Positions 20,573 through 30,415 of a stretch of 58,385 bases of DNA are shown here, piece by piece. Every line of letters begins with the position of its first letter. Positions within the stretch are counted from its first letter, which is position 1. The translations under genes and the position numbers were made by a program. Source of the DNA: Methylocystaceae bacterium (lineage in GTDB: Bacteria > Pseudomonadota > Alphaproteobacteria > Rhizobiales > Beijerinckiaceae); NCBI GenBank assembly GCA_009921565.1, contig RFXM01000001.1, positions 1 through 58,385 of the forward strand. Reading direction: 5' to 3'. A model generated the notes under the pieces. The model was not told where the DNA came from. It saw only the letters and a list, made by a program, of their open reading frames with translations, and did no database searches.

Positions 20573-21829
20573 ATGCGCGCGAACCGTGAGTTAACGCCAC
20601 AGGCCCATGAAAAAGCGGATATTCTAATCGCCGGGGCCGGCTCGACCGGTCTTGCCGCCGCTCTGGCTTTCGCCAAATCAGACTTGAGCATTAAACTTAT
20701 AGGTCGCGTGCCGCCGCCGCTTCCTGGCCGCACTGTCGCTTTGTTCGAAGCTTCAATCCGATTTCTCGACGCGCTTGGCGCGCTTGAGCGCGTGACTGCA
20801 ATTGGCTGCCCAATCGAAGCAATTCGCATGATCGATGACACCGACCAATTATTGCCCGTGCCGCCGCTGACTTTAAGCGCGCGTGAAATTGATTTACCTG
20901 CGCTGGGCGTTAATATTTCAAACGATGATCTCGTCGGCATCCTGCGCGATCTCGTCACGACGCATCCTAATATAGATTTCATTGACGCAGATATTATTGA
21001 TTATGAATTAGGCGTGAGCAGCGGTATTGCTGTTTTAAATGATCAACGACGCATAGAGGCAGACTTCCTTATCGCCGCCGATGGCCGCAACAGCCGCGCG
21101 CGCGCAGTCGCCGGCATTGACTTAAAAGAATGGACCTACCCACAAATCGCGCTTACCGCGATGGTGCGTCATGAATTTGCGCACGCAAATATGTCGACTG
21201 AATATCATACCCGCTCAGGCCCCTTCACGCTGGTGCCTTTGCCTGCGCTTCCAAATGCGCCACATCGCTCCAGCCTTGTCTGGCTGATGAATACGGAAGA
21301 CGCCCGACGTCGCCTTGCAGCACCACGAGAAGAACTTGAATTTGAAATCGAAGACTTTGCTAAATCAGAATTTGGCGTGATGCGACTTGAGAGCGACATC
21401 GGACAATTTCGCATGGGCGGCATGCAAGTCTCCCAACATGGAAAAGGTCGCCTCGCGCTCGTTGGCGAAACGTGTCATGTGTTCCCTCCCATCGGCGCGC
21501 AAGGTCTTAATCTCTCCTTACGCGACGTTGCAGATTTAGAAGATTGTTTAGCCAGTGTTGACTTGAGAAATGAAGCCGAATTAGCCCGCGCACTCGCGCG
21601 ATATGATCGCCACCGTCACGCAGACATTGGTTTCCGAACGTCGGGCGTAGATATTCTTAATCGCTCGCTCATTATTCCTTATTTGCCAGTTGATCTCTTT
21701 CGTGGCGCAAGCTTTTTGGCGGTTTCTGTGCTCAGTCCGCTCAGACGCGCAATTATACGCGAGGGCATCCTTCCCCATTTTGCGCTACCAAGAATGATGC
21801 GCGATCCTCATCAGATCAAATACGTTTAA
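20573..21829 (+). CDS. UbiH/UbiL-family FAD-dependent hydroxylase (ubiquinone biosynthesis)
   Basis: GAGSTG, IAADGRNS and GETCHVFPPIGAQGLNLSLRD; AGGAG SD before ATG 20573. Confidence 0.88.
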   Translation: MRANRELTPQAHEKADILIAGAGSTGLAAALAFAKSDLSIKLIGRVPPPLPGRTVALFEASIRFLDALGALERVTAIGCPIEAIRMIDDTDQLLPVPPLTLSAREIDLPALGVNISNDDLVGILRDLVTTHPNIDFIDADIIDYELGVSSGIAVLNDQRRIEADFLIAADGRNSRARAVAGIDLKEWTYPQIALTAMVRHEFAHANMSTEYHTRSGPFTLVPLPALPNAPHRSSLVWLMNTEDARRRLAAPREELEFEIEDFAKSEFGVMRLESDIGQFRMGGMQVSQHGKGRLALVGETCHVFPPIGAQGLNLSLRDVADLEDCLASVDLRNEAELARALARYDRHRHADIGFRTSGVDILNRSLIIPYLPVDLFRGASFLAVSVLSPLRRAIIREGILPHFALPRMMRDPHQIKYV

Positions 21830-21848
21830 ACAGCGGTAGCGGAGCGCG

Positions 21849-22064
21849 TTATATTTTATTGCCTTCTTCGCCAGCTCTGACACATCTCCAGCGCTTAATT
21901 GACAGATTTGGATGCTCTCCGGACCATTGCGCGATATAGGGCATTGCTTGCATCATGCAGGTGTTGGGCGAGGCTGTGGCTGTTTCGAAGGTCAGCTTTC
22001 TCTCATCGCAAGACTCAGGCTGGACGAGGGAACAGACGGTGAGGATGAGTTGGATGTAATTCAT
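21849..22064 (-). CDS. Small four-Cys hypothetical protein
   Basis: AAGGGG SD; co-oriented 59 nt after fhcC; pattern C-x7-C...C...WRC. Confidence 0.75.
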   Translation of the reverse strand: MNYIQLILTVCSLVQPESCDERKLTFETATASPNTCMMQAMPYIAQWSGEHPNLSIKRWRCVRAGEEGNKI

Positions 22065-22123
22065 CGCTACCCCTTTGCCAGAAAACCGTCCATTGGAAGA
22101 CAGGTTATCTTAATCTAGAGTAG

Positions 22124-22939
22124 TCACCCCCTTAGTGGGGTCAATATCTCGCCTTTGCCATAAACCGACGTGTCGCCGCCATATCGGCGCAACTTACGCG
22201 ATAAAAGTCGCGCAGCGTTAGCGCTTGCCGACTCAAGACTCCGGCCAAGCAAGCCGATGTAAGTTAAGTGATGCGCACCACAATCGAGATAGGTTGGTCC
22301 CAAATCCTTACACTGCGCCAAAATCAAAGTGCCACGCTTGTTGAGATAGCCAACGCGCCCCTGCGTTGCGCCCAACACGACGATCGTGCCAGCGATCACT
22401 CTCGACCCCAAATCTTCCGCAGCAGAGCCTTCAATCACAATTACGCCGCGACGCAACCGATCTCCCGCGCGAGAGCCAACGGATCCGCGAATGATTACGC
22501 GCCCTCCCGCCATGCCGCTTAATTCGCCTGCAAGCGGGGCGGCAAGAAAGTCTCCTGCATCGCCAGAGATCTCGATTTCTGCGCCTAAATTACCCGAGGC
22601 GGCATAAGCTCCCGCAGATCCCGTTACTGTGATCCGCCCGCCATACGCCAAACGCCCCAATTGCGCGCCGACATCCCCATCAACATGAATGGAAAATTCC
22701 GGTAAAAGCTTTGCGCCAATTAGATCAAAGCGCGAAGAACCGCCTTCATATCGAAGATTTTTTAAATCCCCTGGCGAGATCTCAAAAATATCGCCGACCT
22801 TTGTTGAAAATTTTGTAACGCCAATGTCAATTTTTTCAATTTGCGCAGGAGATAGTCCCGCCAAACGATCGGGCGTCAATACTGAAAGATCAACGCGCTG
22901 CGGAGGCTCTTGACGAAGCTTGAGGGTGAAGGGCTTCAC
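22124..22939 (-). CDS. fhcC: Formyltransferase/hydrolase complex subunit C (FwdC-like beta-helix)
   Basis: Gly-rich GXGXG-type repeats (GMAGGRVIIRGSVG, RLRRGVIVIEG); last gene of fhcBADC. Confidence 0.95.
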   Translation of the reverse strand: MKPFTLKLRQEPPQRVDLSVLTPDRLAGLSPAQIEKIDIGVTKFSTKVGDIFEISPGDLKNLRYEGGSSRFDLIGAKLLPEFSIHVDGDVGAQLGRLAYGGRITVTGSAGAYAASGNLGAEIEISGDAGDFLAAPLAGELSGMAGGRVIIRGSVGSRAGDRLRRGVIVIEGSAAEDLGSRVIAGTIVVLGATQGRVGYLNKRGTLILAQCKDLGPTYLDCGAHHLTYIGLLGRSLESASANAARLLSRKLRRYGGDTSVYGKGEILTPLRG

Positions 22940-23844
22940 GGCAACAATTCCTTCAAATGATAATGGAATGGTCCAAGTTTGCCGCCATAATTTCCTGCGC
23001 CGATACGTTTTGCGCCTTGCTCTGGTCCCATGTCGATTATGGCTTTTAATCCGGCGCGCATTGCAGCGGAAACAGCTGCGTCAGTTAACCCGTCAATCAC
23101 GATTTCAAGGACACAGCCAATGTCTTCATCTAGCGCGCTTTTAGTGACGCCGCGAAGCGTTGGACAGTAAGCGTCATTCGTTGACGCGCCCATGCCCTTA
23201 TATTTTGATCCCACCTTCGAACCAGATCGTACGATGCCGCCGGGGAAAGGCGCAATAGCGTCACGAACGGATTGCACGGCGGCGACGCCTGCTTCCGTCG
23301 CCCGCATGGTCGAGTCCCAGTCAGCTCCCATAACCAACAAATTGCCGCCGCCGACAGACTTCTTCGTCAGTCCAACCTTGCCTTCGCAGAAAAACTCGCC
23401 ATCCATGACTGGAACGCGCCAGTAACGCCGACCCTCGACAACCTTGGACATTTGCCATTTATCGCCAAACTGTCGAACTGCGTCGCCAACTTTAATTTCA
23501 AATTCGCCTGGGACTGTTGAGTATACCGCAGAACCTGGACAGGTGAGCACGCATTGACCCAGCCGATTCACTAGTTGTTTTTCTGCGTCTTTTGACGACA
23601 TCGCAAATAACAAAGCGCGCACGCCTGGACGCCCATCCGGCGTTTCCTCTGGCGGCACCTCATAATCAATGCCTGCTTCACATCCGCAGCCGATGACCGA
23701 TGTTGCAAATCCGGTCATGGTTTGCGCTGCTTGACGAGCCCATTTAACATTTGGTCCAGTAATGAGTATGCCCGTGCCGCTCATCGGGAAGGCTTCAGCA
23801 AAACTATCGTCGATGCGAACGCCATTGCGAACTAATTCCGGCAT
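22936..23844 (-). CDS. fhcD: Formylmethanofuran:H4MPT formyltransferase (Ftr)
   Basis: DSFAEAF, TPDGRPG, GQCVLTCP, GGIVRSGSKVGS and AGNYGGKLG. Confidence 0.97.
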   Translation of the reverse strand: MPELVRNGVRIDDSFAEAFPMSGTGILITGPNVKWARQAAQTMTGFATSVIGCGCEAGIDYEVPPEETPDGRPGVRALLFAMSSKDAEKQLVNRLGQCVLTCPGSAVYSTVPGEFEIKVGDAVRQFGDKWQMSKVVEGRRYWRVPVMDGEFFCEGKVGLTKKSVGGGNLLVMGADWDSTMRATEAGVAAVQSVRDAIAPFPGGIVRSGSKVGSKYKGMGASTNDAYCPTLRGVTKSALDEDIGCVLEIVIDGLTDAAVSAAMRAGLKAIIDMGPEQGAKRIGAGNYGGKLGPFHYHLKELLP

Positions 23845-25466
23845 GCGACCTCCGCAAAAGCATTTTCCTTTGGCAACGCAGCCTCCGAAATATTAAAGAT
23901 TGTCCGCGGCAACCCATAGAGCTCGGCATAATAAGCATCTAACCGCTGATGAATATTTTTGTCATAGGCTGGACTAATATGCAGTGTTTTACCACGCGTA
24001 TAATGCGTTACATTTCCATCGCGCACGACGCGCTCGCCATCCTTAAATACATATGCCGCCCGTCTAAACATCGCAGCAATATCCTTGCTGGGCTTGTAAA
24101 CCGCTATGTCCGCGACAGAGCCAACGCCTAATTGTCCCCGATCCTTAAAACCGAATAATTTCGCGGCGCCAGAGCGACTCATCTGAGCAATTTCATAAAG
24201 CGTATATTCCCGCGAGATCGATGGGAGAGTCGTATGCTCCAATACATCGGCGGGCAGGCGCGCCATCATCTGGGCGCGAAGATCTGCACTCATCAAGAGG
24301 GCGAAGAGATCCGGATATGCAGTGAAAGGCCCGCCATTAGGATGATCTGTCGTAAAATAAACCTGCTCAGGATTTTGAATGAGTAAAAACAACTCCAATC
24401 CGGCCGCCCATTGAATCGCGTTATAGTAATTTGAAATCTTATAAGCGTAGGGCACAACGCCGCCGCCATTGGCGTCACCGTCGAAGATCGCGCCCTTTCT
24501 AGGAATAGCGCCGGAAAGACTGTTGAATTGCTTCAAGACATCCGATGAGATTGTCACCGTATCGGAAAACATCACCTGGCCAACATCTACAGAAACATTG
24601 GGATTGGCATTGATTTTTTCGGCAAAACGCGCGCTTGCGGATGAGAAGCCATGCTTGCCCTCAACGCCGTAGGCGTAAAACTGCACATGCGCCAAATGCA
24701 GCGGCAATCCCTCAGCGGCATCTATCGTCTGCAACGCAGTGTCAATATTACCAGCAATCCCAAGATTATTCATATGAAGATGCAAGGGATGGGGCACACC
24801 CACCGCCTGGGTGGATTTCTGCAGCAATTGAAAAATTTGGCGCGATGTCACCCCATAAAAAGGCACAACATCATCAAGCCCGAAAGCGCGCATGTTTTCT
24901 TTAAAACTCTCACAGCCGCCTGGATTAATGCATTTGAGACCAAGCGAATGCGTGTTGCTTACCGTCAACGCGACATAATCATTAATAGCGCTCTCAGAAG
25001 CGCCTTGCCGCATCATGCGCAAAAGAAAATCGTCATTCCCCAATACAGTCAATGCGCCCTTATCAATGATCGGGACGTCATTGAGTTCAAGATGCGTTTG
25101 CAAAGCGTGATGCGGAGCCATTGCGGGCTCCACGACTGTCGTAAACCCCATCTGGGCGTAAAGACGACCCGTCTCATAGGTCGACCACTTGGCTGTTGAT
25201 AACGGCGTGCCAACAAGACGCGCGCGCACAGCGCGGTGAAGTTCGGGCAATAATAACCGCGCCGTATTCACATTCCCGCCAGCAATATGGGAGTGAATAT
25301 CAATCGCGCCCGCCATCACAACATGGCCCGAAACGTCAATTTCAACATCGCCCTTATTATGCGCTGGGGGCGCAACAATGCGGCCGTCCTGAAACCAGAC
25401 ATCACCGATCGTATCTTGTTTCGTTGCAGGATCGACGATATGGCCGCCGCGCAAAACTGTTAGCAC
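23832..25466 (-). CDS. fhcA: Formyltransferase/hydrolase complex subunit A (amidohydrolase)
   Basis: DIHSHIAGG, GLKCINPGG, LAHVQFYAYG and TTDHPNGGPF. Confidence 0.97.
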   Translation of the reverse strand: MLTVLRGGHIVDPATKQDTIGDVWFQDGRIVAPPAHNKGDVEIDVSGHVVMAGAIDIHSHIAGGNVNTARLLLPELHRAVRARLVGTPLSTAKWSTYETGRLYAQMGFTTVVEPAMAPHHALQTHLELNDVPIIDKGALTVLGNDDFLLRMMRQGASESAINDYVALTVSNTHSLGLKCINPGGCESFKENMRAFGLDDVVPFYGVTSRQIFQLLQKSTQAVGVPHPLHLHMNNLGIAGNIDTALQTIDAAEGLPLHLAHVQFYAYGVEGKHGFSSASARFAEKINANPNVSVDVGQVMFSDTVTISSDVLKQFNSLSGAIPRKGAIFDGDANGGGVVPYAYKISNYYNAIQWAAGLELFLLIQNPEQVYFTTDHPNGGPFTAYPDLFALLMSADLRAQMMARLPADVLEHTTLPSISREYTLYEIAQMSRSGAAKLFGFKDRGQLGVGSVADIAVYKPSKDIAAMFRRAAYVFKDGERVVRDGNVTHYTRGKTLHISPAYDKNIHQRLDAYYAELYGLPRTIFNISEAALPKENAFAEVACRN

Positions 25467-26563
25467 GAAGAGGCCTCCGAAATTTCAGCTAAAATCGCGT
25501 CGATAACGATGCCGACGCTTGGTGTCGCGGTTGATTGGCTGGCTTTGCGCAAGGTCATTGCGGCAATTTCCTGCGCATATTCAACAGCGTCATGCGTCAC
25601 GCCTGGCTGACCGACTTCGATGTAAAGACCATGGCCGGGCTGTTTGCCGGCCGGGGCAAGCGTAATTAAAGGCAAATCGGCGCGTGACCAAGGCGGTGGC
25701 TCTCCATCATAAGCAGAAATCCAGAGCGCAGCGTCCGCTTCACCGCTTTCCACGAGACGCCGAGCCTCAAACCGCCATGCATCATGTTCAGGATAACCCC
25801 GACCAAATGCTGTGCGAGGCGGAAAGCCGGTCATCCAGCCTGCAGCCTGGGTAACGCCAGCTGCGCCCGCGCGCGCGCCAATTGGAACCCCCGTGCAACG
25901 CGTCGACACATTGAGATCTGCAACGATCCCCTGCAGCATTTCTATCGCTAACGCATCGAGACCGGCGGAAGCCGACCAAACAACGACGCCAAAATGCGCC
26001 GACTTAAGGGCTTGGGCGATTTCGGCGATTGCTGGCGTCGCGCCCGCCGCTTCTCTCGTGATCGGGCGCCCGCCTATGGTGGCGCGCAATTGGGCTAGCA
26101 AAGAACTGATTTCTGACACCGGCGCATTAATACTAAGCGCGCCAACACCTTTTGCTTCAGAAGCATCAGGCCCCAGCCAAAAGATTTTTCTGGGCGCGCC
26201 CGCTTGCGCGCCATGTCGCGGCGATTGATCAGGCGCCAGACGCTCAACCATGCTCGGCCAGAGTTTTGTCAGTCCCGGACCCACAAATAAGAAGCAATCA
26301 GCCCTGACGCGCGCCTCATTCGGGGTTGTCGTAAACATGCTGAAGGATCGCATGACGTCAAGATCGGCGAGAATTTCCTCAGAGGCGAGATGGTCAAAAG
26401 CCCCCCGAACGCGTTCTGCAAGCAAAATCGCTGAACGCGCGCCAGCGATGTCGGCGCCCAGGCCAGCAATAAGCGGGAAGCGCGCGCTGCGTAAAATATC
26501 CGCCGCCTTGCGATAGGCTTCTTCTAAAGAGATAGTTTTTCCCTCGAGCGTCGCCTTGCTCAT
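25460..26563 (-). CDS. fhcB: Formyltransferase/hydrolase complex subunit B (shortened FwdB homologue)
   Basis: ARFPLIAGLGAD, EARVRAD, WMTGFP and GEADAALW; first gene of the operon. Confidence 0.93.
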   Translation of the reverse strand: MSKATLEGKTISLEEAYRKAADILRSARFPLIAGLGADIAGARSAILLAERVRGAFDHLASEEILADLDVMRSFSMFTTTPNEARVRADCFLFVGPGLTKLWPSMVERLAPDQSPRHGAQAGAPRKIFWLGPDASEAKGVGALSINAPVSEISSLLAQLRATIGGRPITREAAGATPAIAEIAQALKSAHFGVVVWSASAGLDALAIEMLQGIVADLNVSTRCTGVPIGARAGAAGVTQAAGWMTGFPPRTAFGRGYPEHDAWRFEARRLVESGEADAALWISAYDGEPPPWSRADLPLITLAPAGKQPGHGLYIEVGQPGVTHDAVEYAQEIAAMTLRKASQSTATPSVGIVIDAILAEISEASSC

Positions 26564-26942
26564 TGTTCCCTGCCCCGCCGCTAAAGCCGCCTAAACTCTA
26601 TGTTTCTGTTTTGAAGCGCTTCCCGCGCCTTACGCGGGCGTCCTACCCTTAATTCCTGCCTATCAGCCGGGGCGGCGCCTGTCGAGACGCCCTATGTTAA
26701 GCCGCGAATCTCCTTTTTGGCCTTGATGAAACGCTGGCGGGTTGGTCTCGGGCAAAAATCATTGCTGTGAGATGGGCGACAAACACCCCTCTAAGAGCGG
26801 GCTATGCGCTACAGGGAAGCGGCCTGAGACCCATTTGCCTCGTCCCTATGATCATGATAATTAGCCTACCAGCTTAACCCTGCCTCTCTGACAAACCAAT
26901 GAGCAGGAAGCAGCGATAAAAGTTTCAAACGGAGGAAACACA

Positions 26943-27020
26943 ATGGCTTGGAGCACACCTGTGATCGTTGAAGTCTGCGTCGGCATGGAAGTCACCAGCT
27001 ACGCATCCGCTGAGATTTAA
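26943..27020 (+). CDS. pqqA: PQQ precursor peptide MAWSTPVIVEVCVGMEVTSYASAEI (not in ORF track)
   Basis: GGAGG SD; W-x-x-P start and G-x-E-V-T-S-Y containing the E-x3-Y pair that becomes PQQ. Confidence 0.95.
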   Translation: MAWSTPVIVEVCVGMEVTSYASAEI

Positions 27021-27071
27021 ATTCTCTTTGGCGCCGGCGTCTTACGCCAGCCTAAAAGAGTTCTGATTTTA

Positions 27072-27132
27072 TCGAGCCGACAAAGGCGATTTCGCATAAA
27101 AGCGAAGTGTCTTTGTCGGCTCGAATTTTTTT
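27072..27132 (+). terminator. Long hairpin plus T-tract after pqqA
   Basis: Perfect 14-bp stem TCGAGCCGACAAAG/CTTTGTCGGCTCGA with inner TTCGC/GCGAA pairing, then ATTTTTTT. Confidence 0.85.
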
Positions 27133-27163
27133 ATTCTTACGCCTTCAACCCAGCGGAGATTTC

Positions 27164-28207
27164 ATGGGCGCGCGACTTGCGAAACTGGCTCGGGAGATCT
27201 TGCCCTCCCTGCTCGTCCTTTTCCTAGTCAGCAGCGCTAGCGCGCAAAACGCAGAAGAAGAAAAACTCTTTAGAGACGCAAAAGCTGCCTTCCAACCAAT
27301 CAAAATATCGTCGGCTGCAAGCGACCCGCTCAGTCTTGCGCGAATTAGTTTAGGACGCCGCCTATTTTTTGAAAATCGCGTCTCAGCCGATGGCAATATT
27401 AGCTGTGCGCACTGTCACATAGCCGAAAAGCACGCCAGCGATGGATTACCCAAGGCAATCGGCGTTTTTGGTAAAGAAAATCAGCGCAACGCGCCAACAA
27501 TCTTTAATGCTGCGCTGAACTTTAAGCAGCATTGGCGCGGCGATCGAGAGTCGCTTGAAGATCAAGCAGAAAAATCTTTGCTTGGACCGGCAAGCTTCGG
27601 CAACACAGATCAACAAAGCGCGATGGCGAAACTCAAGGCGATCCCCGGCTATACAGTCGCTTTTGCGCAAGCTTTTCCTGGTGAGGAAGACCCGATCACG
27701 TCGAAAAATTGGGGGCGCGCGATCGCTGCCTATGAACGTACGCTTCTTTCGCCCTCTCGATTTGACGCCTATTTGGCTGGAGAAAAAAACGCGCTGAGTT
27801 CGATTGAACAAAATGGTCTCAGACTTTTTATTCATAGCGGCTGCGCCGGCTGCCATAATGGGCCCGGCATTGGAGGCGCAAATTTTCAAAAATTTGGTCT
27901 CTATGAGGATTATTGGAAGGAGACAGGCGGCGCGCCCATCGACAAAGGCCGCGCAGATGTAACAAAGAATAATGACGATCTTTATCTGTTTAAGACTCCT
28001 AGCCTACGCAATGTCGCTAAGACCGCGCCCTATTTTCACGATGGTTCAGTCGCAAATTTAACGCAAGTTGTGCGTATCATGAGTAAAATACAATTAAATA
28101 AACAGCTTTCTGACGGCGAAACAGCTAGTATTGTCGCTTTTCTCAATAGCCTTACCGGAACCGCGCCAGAAACCTATGCGCCGCTTGAGCCTTTTCCCGA
28201 TCAATAG
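27164..28207 (+). CDS. Periplasmic di-heme cytochrome c peroxidase (bCcP/MauG superfamily) with atypical active site
   Basis: Signal peptide ending ASA-Q; heme motifs CAHCH and CAGCH; RNAPTIFNA and FKTPSLRNVAKTAPYFHDG; GGAG SD before ATG 27164. Confidence 0.92.
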   Translation: MGARLAKLAREILPSLLVLFLVSSASAQNAEEEKLFRDAKAAFQPIKISSAASDPLSLARISLGRRLFFENRVSADGNISCAHCHIAEKHASDGLPKAIGVFGKENQRNAPTIFNAALNFKQHWRGDRESLEDQAEKSLLGPASFGNTDQQSAMAKLKAIPGYTVAFAQAFPGEEDPITSKNWGRAIAAYERTLLSPSRFDAYLAGEKNALSSIEQNGLRLFIHSGCAGCHNGPGIGGANFQKFGLYEDYWKETGGAPIDKGRADVTKNNDDLYLFKTPSLRNVAKTAPYFHDGSVANLTQVVRIMSKIQLNKQLSDGETASIVAFLNSLTGTAPETYAPLEPFPDQ

Positions 28208-28271
28208 GACAAGCATTAATCTTAAGTATTTCTCACTTGAGAGAGTAAGATAAAGCAGTCATACAAACACC

Positions 28272-29450
28272 ATGAAACGATTAAGCGCCATCCTATGGCT
28301 GCTCCTAGCGGCTCTCCCAGCCTACGCACAAACGCTGACCATTAAAGTTGGCGTCTTGCGCCAGACCCACATTAGGGAAACTCTCTCTATTCTCGATCTA
28401 CCCGCGATAGATGACGGCCTTGCTGGCGCCCTCCTGGGCGCGATCGACAATAATACGACAGGAAAATTCACTCAGCAAAACTACGAGGTAATAGACTCGA
28501 AACTTGATCAGGACGCTGACCTTGCGAAAGAAACTGATGCCCTTATAGATAAAGGCGCGCATTTCATCATTGCAGATCTCCCGGCGCAAAACTTATTAGA
28601 TGCGAGCGCGATAGCAAAAAAACGCGACGCGCTCTTGTTCAATATCTCTGCGCCTGATGTGAGTTTACGCGAAGAAGATTGTCGCGCGAATATAATCCAT
28701 GTTGCGCCTGATCGCACGATGCTCGCCGATGGATTAGCGCAATATCTGATCTGGAAACAATGGCGACGCTGGCTTCTCATTAAAGGCTCTCATCCGGAAG
28801 ACGACTCCCTCGCCCAAGCCTATCGCCGGGCCGCTAAAAAATTTGGCGCTAAAATTGTTGAAGAAAGACTCTACGAAGACACAGGCGGGGGGCGACGAAG
28901 CGACTCAGGCTCCGTCCAAACGCAGCGACAAATGCCAACGCTCACTCAAAACGCAGCGGGCTATGATGTCTTGCTTGCAGTTGATGAAAATAACGTTTTC
29001 GCGGATTATTTGCCTTATCGCGCATGGGAGCCAAAACTTGTTGTCGGCTCTGCTGGCCTTTACCCGACTAATTGGGACGCCGCTCATGAACAATGGGGAG
29101 CCCATCAACTCCAAAATAGATTTGTCGCAAACTACCATCGGACCATGAATGCGAGGGACAATGCCGCCTGGCTTTCAATGCGCATAATCGGCGAGGCGGC
29201 GGTGCGGACACAGTCAAATAGACCCAGCGATGTGCTGACCTATATTGTGGGTAAAGATTTCTCTATCGCTGCATTCAAAGGCGTGCGTTTAACGATTAGA
29301 TCTTGGAACCAGCAATTACGCCAACCCATTCTTCTTTCTGATGGACGCATGACCATATCCGTCTCGCCGCAGGAGGGGTTTCTTCATCAAACGAGCGAAC
29401 TCGATACGCTCGGCTATGATCAGCCCGAAACAAAATGTAGGCTCAAATGA
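28272..29450 (+). CDS. ABC substrate-binding protein, PQQ-dehydrogenase/lanthanide-associated (PedA1/LutA-like)
   Basis: Signal peptide AYA-Q; DNNTTGKF, MLADGLAQYL, HEQWGAHQLQNRF and LDTLGYDQPETKC. Confidence 0.88.
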   Translation: MKRLSAILWLLLAALPAYAQTLTIKVGVLRQTHIRETLSILDLPAIDDGLAGALLGAIDNNTTGKFTQQNYEVIDSKLDQDADLAKETDALIDKGAHFIIADLPAQNLLDASAIAKKRDALLFNISAPDVSLREEDCRANIIHVAPDRTMLADGLAQYLIWKQWRRWLLIKGSHPEDDSLAQAYRRAAKKFGAKIVEERLYEDTGGGRRSDSGSVQTQRQMPTLTQNAAGYDVLLAVDENNVFADYLPYRAWEPKLVVGSAGLYPTNWDAAHEQWGAHQLQNRFVANYHRTMNARDNAAWLSMRIIGEAAVRTQSNRPSDVLTYIVGKDFSIAAFKGVRLTIRSWNQQLRQPILLSDGRMTISVSPQEGFLHQTSELDTLGYDQPETKCRLK

Positions 29451-30415
29451 ATAAATTACTTCTAATTTTAATTTTTGCAGCCTTAACTTTCGCCTCGCCC
29501 GCCGCAGCCTATCTTGCCTATGTGAGCAATGAAAAAGGCAACACGATCTCTATTATAGATACCGATAAACTTGATGTCATCTCCACCGTTAAAGTTGGGA
29601 GGCGGCCGCGCGGCATCGAGTTAAATAAAGACGGGTCAGAACTTTATATTTGCGCCGGCGACGATGATGCAATCCAAGTATTCGACGCTAAGGCTCAAAA
29701 AATCACCGGCAAGCTCCCCTCTGGTCCTGACCCAGAATTATTAACGCTCAGTCCAGATGGAGACATAATCTATGTTTCCAATGAAAATGATAATTTGGTT
29801 ACGCTCATCGACATTAAACGCAAAGATCAAATCGGCGATATTCCGGTTGGCGTAGAGCCAGAGGGCATGGCGATTAGTCCTGACGGCAAATTACTTGTTA
29901 ATACGTCTGAAACAACAAATATGGCGCATCTTATCGACACAAAAACGAAAACAATTATCGCCAATATCCTTGTTGATAACCGTCCAAGATTTGCAACATT
30001 TAAACCAGATGGATCAGAGCTTTGGGTCTCTTCAGAAGTTGGCGGAACAATAAGCGTCATTGATCCCGAGAAAAAAATTATCAAGCAAAAAATCTCCTTT
30101 GACGTACCAGGCATGTCAAAAGAGGCAATTCAGCCAATAGGCGTCTCGATCACGCGCGATGGCTCTCGCGCTTTTGTTGCGCTTGGTCCCGCCAACCGCG
30201 TCGCTGTTATTAATGCGCAGACGAAAGAGGTTGAAAAATATCTCCTCGTCGGACAACGCGTTTGGCATTTAGCCTTTACGCCCGATGAAAAATATCTGCT
30301 TACCGCAAATGGCGTTTCGAATGATGTCTCCATCATAGACGTCGCCAACCTTAAGGTTGTTAAATCCATCCCTGTCGGCGCATTTCCCTGGGGCGTTGTC
30401 GTGGCGCCGCAATGA
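29447..30415 (+). CDS. YVTN beta-propeller protein, PQQ-catabolism-associated (PedA2-like)
   Basis: Repeats AYVSNEKG, VGRRPRGI, VGVEPEGMA and VGAFPWGV; signal peptide. Confidence 0.9.
   Translation: MNKLLLILIFAALTFASPAAAYLAYVSNEKGNTISIIDTDKLDVISTVKVGRRPRGIELNKDGSELYICAGDDDAIQVFDAKAQKITGKLPSGPDPELLTLSPDGDIIYVSNENDNLVTLIDIKRKDQIGDIPVGVEPEGMAISPDGKLLVNTSETTNMAHLIDTKTKTIIANILVDNRPRFATFKPDGSELWVSSEVGGTISVIDPEKKIIKQKISFDVPGMSKEAIQPIGVSITRDGSRAFVALGPANRVAVINAQTKEVEKYLLVGQRVWHLAFTPDEKYLLTANGVSNDVSIIDVANLKVVKSIPVGAFPWGVVVAPQ

Noticed and set aside
22124-26563. Calling the cluster a Mo/W formylmethanofuran dehydrogenase (methanogen-type)
   Set aside because: Subunit B is short, no FwdD/F/G genes are present and Ftr is embedded; this is the bacterial Fhc arrangement.
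27107-27163. Track start (GTG 27107) for the di-heme protein
   Set aside because: It lies inside the terminator hairpin; ATG 27164 has a GGAG SD and gives a normal signal peptide.
27164-28207. Assignment as MauG
   Set aside because: No mau genes nearby, and a Met rather than Tyr appears at the second-heme ligand position.
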